Source: a virus
Length of the DNA stretch: 64,000 nt
Reading direction: 5' to 3' (one strand)
Virus record (IMG/VR): IMGVR_UViG_3300036398_001591
Coordinates: 18,556 to 82,555 of that record
Shown here piece after piece: positions 1-5,583 of the stretch. Positions within the stretch are counted from its first letter, which is position 1; each line of letters opens with the position of its first letter. The notes below the pieces were generated by a model. That model worked only from the letters and a program-made list of their open reading frames with translations, did not search any database and was not told the origin of the DNA. The translations under genes and the position numbers were made by a program.

Positions 1-16
1 GAACCTACTCTAAAAC

Positions 17-92
17 TGGCTCCGGTCTCAGGATTCGAACCTGACTTCAAGGATTAACAGTCCTCCGCCCACACCTAGTTTGCTTCACCGGA
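17..92 (-). tRNA. tRNA-Asn(GTT)
   Basis: Cloverleaf on minus strand, anticodon loop CT-GTT-AA, TTCGAAT T-loop, encoded CCA. Confidence 0.9.
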
Positions 93-101
93 ATAAAAAT
101 A

Positions 102-166
102 ACAGGATGATTTTTGTCGCTAGACAACCAAAAAGTTTAGCTAATTTTATTTGCTGTACTCATCCT
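102..166 (-). ncRNA. Short structured non-tRNA RNA candidate within the tRNA array
   Basis: Terminal 7-bp stem AGGATGA/TCATCCT, internal hairpin, sits in a tRNA-sized slot with the same A-rich spacers; no anticodon arm or CCA. Confidence 0.45.
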
Positions 167-172
167 AAAAAC

Positions 173-246
173 TGGTCTCGATGGCAAGAATCGAACTTGC
201 GCTACATGGTCCCAAACCACGGGTGATGCCATTTCACTACACCGAG
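173..246 (-). tRNA. tRNA-Pro(TGG)
   Basis: Anticodon loop TT-TGG-GA, TTCGATT T-loop, CCA. Confidence 0.9.
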
Positions 247-251
247 AAAAC

Positions 252-317
252 TGGAGCAGTCACTACGATTCCCACGTAGATAATGGGTGGACCCCATCAC
301 GGTTAATATCCGACTGC
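252..317 (-). ncRNA. Degenerate tRNA-Gly(TCC)-like RNA (66 nt)
   Basis: Acceptor GCAGTC/GACTGC plus T-CCA, stem-loop carrying TCC, T-arm CTACG-TGGGAAT-CGTAG with non-canonical loop, reduced D region. Confidence 0.6.
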
Positions 318-324
318 ATAAAAC

Positions 325-398
325 TGGAGCGGAGTGAGAGAATCGAACTCTCAACAACAGATTGGAAATCTGTAGTTTTACCATTAAACTAACCCCGC
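325..398 (-). tRNA. tRNA-Gly(TCC)
   Basis: Anticodon loop TT-TCC-AA, canonical cloverleaf, T73-CCA. Confidence 0.92.
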
Positions 399-406
399 AA
401 AAAACT

Positions 407-480
407 TGGTGCCCCATGACAGAATCGAACTGCCGTAACCTGATTACAAAACAGGTGTAATACCATTATACTAATAGGGC
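407..480 (-). tRNA. tRNA-Thr(TGT)
   Basis: Anticodon loop TT-TGT-AA, CCA. Confidence 0.92.
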
Positions 481-485
481 GAAAC

Positions 486-559
486 TGGTAGCGGGTGACA
501 GATTCGAACTGCCGATGCACCTGGCTTATGAGACCGGTGTGGTGGCCACCCTACCCGCA
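486..559 (-). tRNA. tRNA-Met(CAT), initiator-like (1:72 mismatch), short D-arm
   Basis: Anticodon loop CT-CAT-AA, T1:T72 mismatch, TTCGAAT, CCA. Confidence 0.75.
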
Positions 560-565
560 AATCTT

Positions 566-594
566 ATTATAACATACTCTATATATGTTGGCAA
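566..594 (-). promoter_or_regulatory. Sigma70-type promoter inside the tRNA array
   Basis: TTGCCA-17 bp-TATAAT filling the Tyr/Met spacer. Confidence 0.7.
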
Positions 595-595
595 C

Positions 596-683
596 TGGTG
601 GAGCCTGAAGGAATCGAACCATCCGCCAACCACCCTTCAATTAAAGGCAACGGATTTACAGTCCGCTGAAGGGAACAGGCTCC
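596..683 (-). tRNA. tRNA-Tyr(GTA)-like, lacking a canonical D-arm
   Basis: Acceptor GGAGCCT/AGGCTCC-A-CCA, anticodon arm GCGGA-CTGTAAA-TCCGT, TTCGATT loop; only about 10 nt between acceptor and anticodon stems. Confidence 0.75.
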
Positions 684-689
684 TAAAAC

Positions 690-764
690 TGGTACCGATG
701 GACAATTTCGAAATGTCGGCCTTTCGCTTATCAAGCGAATGCTCTTCCTCTGAGCTACATCGGT
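690..764 (-). tRNA. tRNA-Ile(GAT)
   Basis: Anticodon loop TT-GAT-AA, CCA. Confidence 0.9.
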
Positions 765-770
765 AAAAAC

Positions 771-845
771 TGGCGGTCCTAAGGGGTAACGATCCCCTTC
801 TTTTGGCGTGACAAGCCAACGTGCGTCCATGAACACTTTAGAACC
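771..845 (-). tRNA. tRNA-Asp(GTC)
   Basis: Anticodon loop TT-GTC-AC, T-loop ATCGTTA, G73-CCA. Confidence 0.88.
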
Positions 846-852
846 TAAAACA

Positions 853-928
853 TGGTGCCCTAGGAGAGACTCGAACTCTCAGAACCTGGTTTCTAAGACC
901 AGTACGTATACCATTCCGTCACCAGGGC
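853..928 (-). tRNA. tRNA-Leu(TAG), short variable loop
   Basis: Anticodon loop CT-TAG-AA, 76 nt, CCA. Confidence 0.88.
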
Positions 929-938
929 AAAAATCCTT

Positions 939-1013
939 TGGTGTGGGTGGAGAATTTCGAAATCTCGACTCTCTGGTTAAAAGCCAGATACTCTGCCTCT
1001 GAGTTACACCCAC
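939..1013 (-). tRNA. tRNA-Lys(TTT)
   Basis: Anticodon loop CT-TTT-AA, CCA. Confidence 0.9.
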
Positions 1014-1017
1014 ATAT

Positions 1018-1072
1018 TACCATATTAAAACATACTGCGTATTTTCAGCCAGTAGTGTGCTTTAATATGGTA
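1018..1072 (-). repeat. Long hairpin whose base includes the CCA end of tRNA-Glu
   Basis: TACCATATTAAAGCA...TGTTTTAATATGGTA inverted repeat, 15 bp with one G-U. Confidence 0.75.
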
Positions 1073-1142
1073 CTCCGTACCAGAATCGAACTGGTCTTAT
1101 CGGGTTGAAAACCCGGTGTCCTAACCGATAGACGAACGGAGT
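1068..1142 (-). tRNA. tRNA-Glu(TTC)
   Basis: Anticodon loop TT-TTC-AA, CCA. Confidence 0.92.
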
Positions 1143-1145
1143 AAA

Positions 1146-1172
1146 AATTACACTTAACTTTTTAAAGAACAT
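1146..1172 (-). promoter_or_regulatory. boxA-like antitermination element (copy 1)
   Basis: TGTTCTTTAAAAAGTTAAGTGTAATTT between promoter and first tRNA; the GTTCTTTAAAAAGTTAAGTGTAATTT core is repeated at 2124-2149. Confidence 0.7.
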
Positions 1173-1199
1173 TTGATTGATTTCTCAATTCATGGATGA

Positions 1200-1251
1200 A
1201 TTATAGCACAACCAGAATCTTTGTCAACCATGTTGTTGTAATTTAACAACA
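1200..1251 (-). promoter_or_regulatory. Sigma70 promoter (16-bp spacer) with upstream TGTTGT-N6-ACAACA palindrome
   Basis: TTGACA-16-TATAAT at 1200-1227; palindrome at 1234-1251. Confidence 0.8.
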
Positions 1252-1259
1252 ACTAAATT

Positions 1260-1335
1260 TGGAGTCGGTGACAGGATTCGAACCTGCATGTAACGGATTT
1301 GCAATCCGCTCCCTAGCCTTTCGGGTCACACCGAC
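1260..1335 (-). tRNA. tRNA-Cys(GCA)
   Basis: Anticodon loop TT-GCA-AA, T73-CCA. Confidence 0.92.
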
Positions 1336-1336
1336 A

Positions 1337-1525
1337 TTAATCTTTTTTGCGAGATATCCATCCATTGTACAACGGATCTTTCACCTCATCAACACCGAAC
1401 TTACCAACAACTTCAAAGTCTGTACCTTTGATAGTCACAAACTCATTCATATGTTTAGCAAGATTCATTGCTTCGGCGAGTGTAAGAACCTTAAATGATT
1501 CTTCTTTTCCTATCACTTTAAACAT
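1337..1525 (-). CDS. Hypothetical protein (62 aa) in the tRNA array
   Basis: ORF with AAAGGTGA RBS exactly fills the gap between tRNAs. Confidence 0.75.
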   Translation of the reverse strand: MFKVIGKEESFKVLTLAEAMNLAKHMNEFVTIKGTDFEVVGKFGVDEVKDPLYNGWISRKKD

Positions 1526-1539
1526 ACTCACCTTTCATT

Positions 1540-1631
1540 TGGTACCTCGACTGAGAATCGAACTCAGATGAACCAATTATCTGTTGCTTACGGGATATAA
1601 ATCCGCCGTTTTACCATTAAACTACCGAGGC
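1540..1631 (-). tRNA. tRNA with TAT anticodon (Ile-UAU) and long variable region
   Basis: Acceptor GCCTCGG/TCGAGGT-A-CCA, loop TT-TAT-AT, about 22-nt variable region, TTCGATT. Confidence 0.75.
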
Positions 1632-1632
1632 A

Positions 1633-1722
1633 TGGTGGAGAGTCTGGGAGTCGAACCCAGTGACCTTATCTCTAAAGCCTGCGGTTTAGCAAACCGGTGC
1701 ATTACCATCCTGCCCACTCTCC
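1633..1722 (-). tRNA. tRNA-Ser(GCT)
   Basis: Anticodon loop TT-GCT-AA, long variable arm, CCA. Confidence 0.9.
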
Positions 1723-1862
1723 AATTCTTCAATCCTATTTGCCGCTTCTTCAAGCAAATCGGCAATTCTATCTGGTGCATTTTCTTGCACAGACTTCCTT
1801 GTAGGAATTTGCCTACGAATTTCGGCACGTTTTCTCAAACGAAAAACTAAATCTTCATTCAT
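1686..1862 (-). CDS. Hypothetical protein (58 aa, MNEDLVFRLRKRAEIRRQIP...) overlapping tRNA-Ser(GCT)
   Basis: Hand translation; GGAG RBS; amphipathic helical sequence; TAA stop lies in the tRNA anticodon loop; below the ORF track size cutoff. Confidence 0.75.
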   Translation of the reverse strand: MNEDLVFRLRKRAEIRRQIPTRKSVQENAPDRIADLLEEAANRIEELESGQDGNAPVC

Positions 1863-1877
1863 AAGAACTCCTAAAAT

Positions 1878-1969
1878 TGGTGGAAACGGTGAGATTCGAA
1901 CTCACGGACCCATTTCTGAATCGACAGTTTTCAAGACTGTAGCAATAAACCGGACTCTGCCACGTTTCC
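1878..1969 (-). tRNA. tRNA-Ser(TGA)
   Basis: Anticodon loop CT-TGA-AA, long variable arm, CCA. Confidence 0.9.
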
Positions 1970-1975
1970 AATTAA

Positions 1976-2050
1976 CCATATAAAAACACATTGTTACACC
2001 CAATAGGATAATAATCCTCATACGAGAATCACCAATGTGTTTCTATATGG
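1976..2050 (-). repeat. Long hairpin whose base includes the CCA end of tRNA-Gln
   Basis: 18-bp stem CCATATAGAAACACATTG/CAATGTGTTTTTATATGG with a structured loop. Confidence 0.75.
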
Positions 2051-2121
2051 CACCCGAAATAAGAATCGAACTTATACTAACAGAGTCAAAGTCTGCTGTG
2101 CTACCACTACACCATTCGGGA
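2048..2121 (-). tRNA. tRNA-Gln(TTG)
   Basis: Anticodon loop CT-TTG-AC, G73-CCA. Confidence 0.9.
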
Positions 2122-2123
2122 TC

Positions 2124-2149
2124 AAATTACACTTAACTTTTTAAAGAAC
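2124..2149 (-). promoter_or_regulatory. boxA-like antitermination element (copy 2)
   Basis: GTTCTTTAAAAAGTTAAGTGTAATTT, identical core to copy 1. Confidence 0.7.
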
Positions 2150-2156
2150 TGTGTGT

Positions 2157-2209
2157 ATTGTACATGATTCTTAATCTTTGTCAATACATGTTGTTGTAAG
2201 ATTACAACA
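2157..2209 (-). promoter_or_regulatory. Sigma70 promoter (16-bp spacer) with upstream TGTTGT-N6-ACAACA palindrome
   Basis: TTGACA-16-TACAAT at 2157-2184; palindrome at 2192-2209. Confidence 0.78.
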
Positions 2210-2214
2210 CTTCC

Positions 2215-2250
2215 AAACAAAAAACCCTCAGAACTTTCGTTGTGAGGGTT
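2215..2250 (-). terminator. Rho-independent terminator (possible attenuator)
   Basis: AACCCTCA-caac-GAAA-gttc-TGAGGGTT followed by a T tract. Confidence 0.8.
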
Positions 2251-2276
2251 GTGAAACTTTAGTTTACTTTTATGTA

Positions 2277-2393
2277 TTACTTAATTCCACTAACCCTTCC
2301 GTGCGCCCATGACTGATTATCGCTACCAATAAACGGTGTGCGATACTCGGCTGTCAAGCAAGATTTCGAGGGGGTTGAAGTTATTTTAATCAT
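2277..2393 (-). CDS. Putative leader peptide (38 aa, MIKITSTPSKSCLTAEYRTPFIGSDNQSWAHGRVSGIK)
   Basis: ATG 7 nt downstream of a -10 box (leaderless); ends just before the terminator. Confidence 0.5.
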   Translation of the reverse strand: MIKITSTPSKSCLTAEYRTPFIGSDNQSWAHGRVSGIK

Positions 2394-2399
2394 AGTGTT

Positions 2400-2428
2400 A
2401 TTATATAGGCTTTTTTTATTATTGGCAA
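2400..2428 (-). promoter_or_regulatory. Sigma70 promoter
   Basis: TTGCCA-17-TATAAT. Confidence 0.65.
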
Positions 2429-2447
2429 CCATTTTTTTAAAAAAATT

Positions 2448-3176
2448 TTAAATATTTTCCCACTTACCATGTTCGATTGGAACCCAATGTGCAGGATCAC
2501 GGACAATTTCAAATGAAGTTGGTGGCCATGTGATACCATGGCTTGCAAGATGTGTTTGCATCAGGTATTCGGGATTGTATTTGATACCTCGATTGTACAT
2601 CTGATCGAAATGATCTACTGCATCCGCATAGATAGACATTGCGATTGGTAATCCAATGGCAAATTGGTCATTGAAGTTTGGTTCATAACCATAACGCTGA
2701 TTGTTAGGTGTATATATTGTACCTGGTGATTCCAATAAACATCTGTGAGCCAACTGCAAATCAATCGGCTCAGATAAACCAAAATCTGTACGTGAACGAA
2801 TCACCAAATCATAATCATCAAGTTCTCTACGCCATTTATCACAATATTGGAGACACTTGTATTGTTGCCAAACATTTGTTGGTGTGCTGTTATATGCTTC
2901 GTATTCTCTTGGTGCATCTTCGATTGCTGAAGGATCAAGCACCTCAATGAATTTGATTTTATACCAAGGCGGTAGATGTGCTTGTAGTTTATCTCTGACT
3001 TGGCCGGCAGATTTCAAATCACACCAATTCTTGGAGATTTTTGGATCCCAACCAAATGGCCTTCGCCAAAGTACAATGTACAAATCGATTGCGGATTTAG
3101 TTAGATTTTGGAGTTGTGAATCAAAGTCGACCGAAAATCGTGGATTACCGGTTAGAAGAAGTGCTGTTTTCGTCAT
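2448..3176 (-). CDS. Hypothetical protein, glycosyltransferase-like
   Basis: ALLLTGNPR N-terminus, YDLVIRSRTD and NDQFAIG motifs seen in viral GT-like proteins. Confidence 0.6.
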   Translation of the reverse strand: MTKTALLLTGNPRFSVDFDSQLQNLTKSAIDLYIVLWRRPFGWDPKISKNWCDLKSAGQVRDKLQAHLPPWYKIKFIEVLDPSAIEDAPREYEAYNSTPTNVWQQYKCLQYCDKWRRELDDYDLVIRSRTDFGLSEPIDLQLAHRCLLESPGTIYTPNNQRYGYEPNFNDQFAIGLPIAMSIYADAVDHFDQMYNRGIKYNPEYLMQTHLASHGITWPPTSFEIVRDPAHWVPIEHGKWENI

Positions 3177-3684
3177 TCAAATATTTCCATTTTATATCGA
3201 TTTTTTCTATAGGACCATCAGGATTACTGATACCCTCAAACACATTCCATAGTTCTTCTTTGACTGCAAACTTAGTCCACAGTCCAGTTTCTAGACTGTA
3301 TGCTTCTAATTCCCATGGATGTTGATAGTAATCTATAGCATCAGCATCGATTGAAATTCCTTTCCATTTGGAAAGAGTTTCATTTGTTTCACCGTGGGCA
3401 AACTGTTTGATGTGTACCATCTCATGTGCAAGTGTTCTTAGTATTTCTGCGGCACCGAGCCATGGATGTATTTCAATTAAAAATTCTCTTGCCTTGTTTG
3501 AAGCATTATATTCTTCTATTGATGCGAGAGCCCAAACAGTTAATTTTGGATTGAACTTGACCGTCAGATAAATGTTATCTCTTAGTCTTTTGGAGTGTAT
3601 TAGATTTTGAGCGTAAAACTCTACTGCCCTTTCTACAAAGGGTTTGAAATCTTTATCCGGACAGTTAATTATTCTGACCTTCAT
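3145..3684 (-). CDS. Putative Zn metallopeptidase (HExxH)
   Basis: TLAHEMVHIKQ plus downstream PWELEAY. Confidence 0.8.
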   Translation of the reverse strand: MKVRIINCPDKDFKPFVERAVEFYAQNLIHSKRLRDNIYLTVKFNPKLTVWALASIEEYNASNKAREFLIEIHPWLGAAEILRTLAHEMVHIKQFAHGETNETLSKWKGISIDADAIDYYQHPWELEAYSLETGLWTKFAVKEELWNVFEGISNPDGPIEKIDIKWKYLNDENSTSSNR

Positions 3685-3739
3685 TTTTGTCTCCAGTTGC
3701 TATCAATATTTAGGTACTGGAAAATTTCATAATGTGAAA

Positions 3740-4216
3740 TTAAACTTGAGTTATTTCTACTCCTGCTTTCTCCAAGAATCGAAGGCCCGCATCAGAACGA
3801 TAACTATTACGATAATACACAGAATTGATACCACTTTGATAAACAAGTTTGGCGCAATCAAGGCAAGGGGCATGAGTAACAAAGAGAGAAGCACCGTTGC
3901 CAGACTCAGTGCTTTTTGCGAGTTTTGCGATGGCGTTGGTTTCTGCATGAAGTACCTCCGGTTTTGTTACAAGTTTATAACGAAGCCATGGAAGATTTTC
4001 AGTTTTTGGTAACTGTTGTTCAGACCAGTCTCCATCATCACAATAAATTTTATCTTCACAAACATTATCCCAACCAGAGGGCATTCCATTGTAACCAATA
4101 GAAATGATGCGGTCATCTTTTACGATAATCGCACCAACATGAAGTCTCACGGCAGACGAAAGACTCGCAAAAGTCTCTGCGGTTTTCATATACGCATCAA
4201 TAAATTTTTGTTTCAC
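3740..4216 (-). CDS. cd: dCMP deaminase
   Basis: VGAIIVKD, GYNG, HAETNA and APCLDC Zn motifs. Confidence 0.92.
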   Translation of the reverse strand: MKQKFIDAYMKTAETFASLSSAVRLHVGAIIVKDDRIISIGYNGMPSGWDNVCEDKIYCDDGDWSEQQLPKTENLPWLRYKLVTKPEVLHAETNAIAKLAKSTESGNGASLFVTHAPCLDCAKLVYQSGINSVYYRNSYRSDAGLRFLEKAGVEITQV

Positions 4217-4626
4217 TTAGTTTGTTCCGCTAATATCTTATAACCTTTACCCGTTGGATGAATACCATCGGCACTCATGTTACCAACAGGCCTTAAAAGT
4301 ACAACATCACCATATTCTTTTGCAATTTTTGTCATTGCTTCATGCGGAATAGGTTTGCGGTCTTTTCCCGGATCAATCCAAAAGACACGTTTGCCTTTAA
4401 TTGCTTCACGCATCTTTCTCAGTTCTTGTTCCGTTTTCACACCTTTGTGGTCATTTGCACCAAGGCTGATAATGATTGTTTCATAAGGTTTTGTGGTAGA
4501 CTGGCTCAAGTAATCTTTATTCCACTGCCAACTATTCCAACCACCTTTAGAATAAGAAACACATTCTTTACGAACCATTGAAACACCAACGGCGATAGAA
4601 TCACCTATAATCATGCAATCAATCAT
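4213..4626 (-). CDS. SGNH/GDSL-family hydrolase
   Basis: GDSIA, LGAND and DGIHP blocks. Confidence 0.85.
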   Translation of the reverse strand: MIDCMIIGDSIAVGVSMVRKECVSYSKGGWNSWQWNKDYLSQSTTKPYETIIISLGANDHKGVKTEQELRKMREAIKGKRVFWIDPGKDRKPIPHEAMTKIAKEYGDVVLLRPVGNMSADGIHPTGKGYKILAEQTK

Positions 4627-4757
4627 AGCGTTTCGTATTCGTCTTTACCAACACCACATTCTGGACACAAAAAGTCATCAGGTAAAGTATCCCATGCGCC
4701 TTCTAGTTCCTCATCGTGGACATGTCCACATACTACACATACATGATCCGGACTCAT
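4623..4757 (-). CDS. Rubredoxin (44 aa)
   Basis: Hand translation MSPDHVCVVCGHVHDEELEGAWDTLPDDFLCPECGVGKDEYETL; two CxxCG knuckles; ATGA overlaps with both neighbours; missed by the ORF track. Confidence 0.92.
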   Translation of the reverse strand: MSPDHVCVVCGHVHDEELEGAWDTLPDDFLCPECGVGKDEYETL

Positions 4758-5203
4758 AGTGCCTCCAATACTTGTTTATACGCATTTGCGTGGCGTTCTT
4801 CAACTTTCTTCAATGCAGTGAAACGCTTTTCAGCTTTTTCTAAAATTGCTTTGAATGCTTGTGCATGTTCGTTAGATTCACGACCCTGTTCGTTGAATTC
4901 TTTTACAGCTTCAATGTTTTGTTCAGCTTTAGCAATTCGTTCAAACTGTGGATACATTTCCGTAAACTCATAGGTCTCACCTTCGATAGCAAGTTCTAAG
5001 CATTCTTTAGTAGTTGGTTTACCAACCAACAATTCTAAATGACCCCATGCGTGTTTAATTTCTTGGTCGGCGGTGTGTTCAAAGTGTTTAGCAACTTCCT
5101 CAAAACCTTCTTCACGTGCCAACTTTGCAAAATAGCGATACTTGATATGTGCCATAGACTCACCAGCCAATGCACTCTCAAGATTTTTTAAAGTAATAGA
5201 CAT
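4754..5203 (-). CDS. rbr: Rubrerythrin (ferritin-like di-iron protein)
   Basis: ALAGESMA, QEIKHA, EGETYEFTEMYP and VEERHA di-iron motifs; start moved to ATG 5203 because the upstream part is a tRNA. Confidence 0.9.
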   Translation of the reverse strand: MSITLKNLESALAGESMAHIKYRYFAKLAREEGFEEVAKHFEHTADQEIKHAWGHLELLVGKPTTKECLELAIEGETYEFTEMYPQFERIAKAEQNIEAVKEFNEQGRESNEHAQAFKAILEKAEKRFTALKKVEERHANAYKQVLEAL

Positions 5204-5217
5204 TTTTTTCCTTATTT

Positions 5218-5292
5218 TGGTCCGGCGTACAGGAATCGAACCCATATTCGGGGCTTAGAAGACCCCTGTATTATCCATTATACGAACGCCGG
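5218..5292 (-). tRNA. tRNA-Arg(TCT)
   Basis: Anticodon loop CT-TCT-AA, CCA. Confidence 0.92.
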
Positions 5293-5297
5293 GAGTT

Positions 5298-5582
5298 TTA
5301 TTTAGTATAATCAATCGTATGAATGAGTTTATCCACGTCCATCCAATGAGAACAGAGTTCAGACTTATCATCTTTCAAACGATTAATCATTTCGGTGACA
5401 CCTTCACGGGTAGTCTCACGCCCCTCGATGATTTGCTCACCGAGAAACTTTTGAGTTACTTCATCGAATTCACGACTGTGTTCAGTCATCACTAATTCGT
5501 CATATGCATGTTCAAGGCTTTCGGCCTCAATTACATACTTATTACGAAAAGTGCTTAGTACATCTATTTCAAATAATGGCAT
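5298..5582 (-). CDS. Hypothetical protein (94 aa)
   Basis: ORF from ATG (MPLFEIDV) immediately after the phosphoesterase stop. Confidence 0.75.
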   Translation of the reverse strand: MPLFEIDVLSTFRNKYVIEAESLEHAYDELVMTEHSREFDEVTQKFLGEQIIEGRETTREGVTEMINRLKDDKSELCSHWMDVDKLIHTIDYTK

Positions 5583-5583
5583 A

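Noticed and set aside
202-1850. ORF-track ORFs across the tRNA array (e.g. 202-417, 515-766, 579-836, 1259-1498, 1622-1828)
   Set aside because: They overlap clear tRNA genes, lack RBSs and look like shadow frames
853-1969. Suppressor tRNAs or stop-codon recoding suggested by TAG and TGA anticodons
   Set aside because: These anticodons read CTA (Leu) and TCA (Ser); core genes are intact in the standard code
5204-5245. N-terminal extension of rubrerythrin in the ORF track
   Set aside because: It overlaps tRNA-Arg; the ATG at 5203 has an AAGGA RBS
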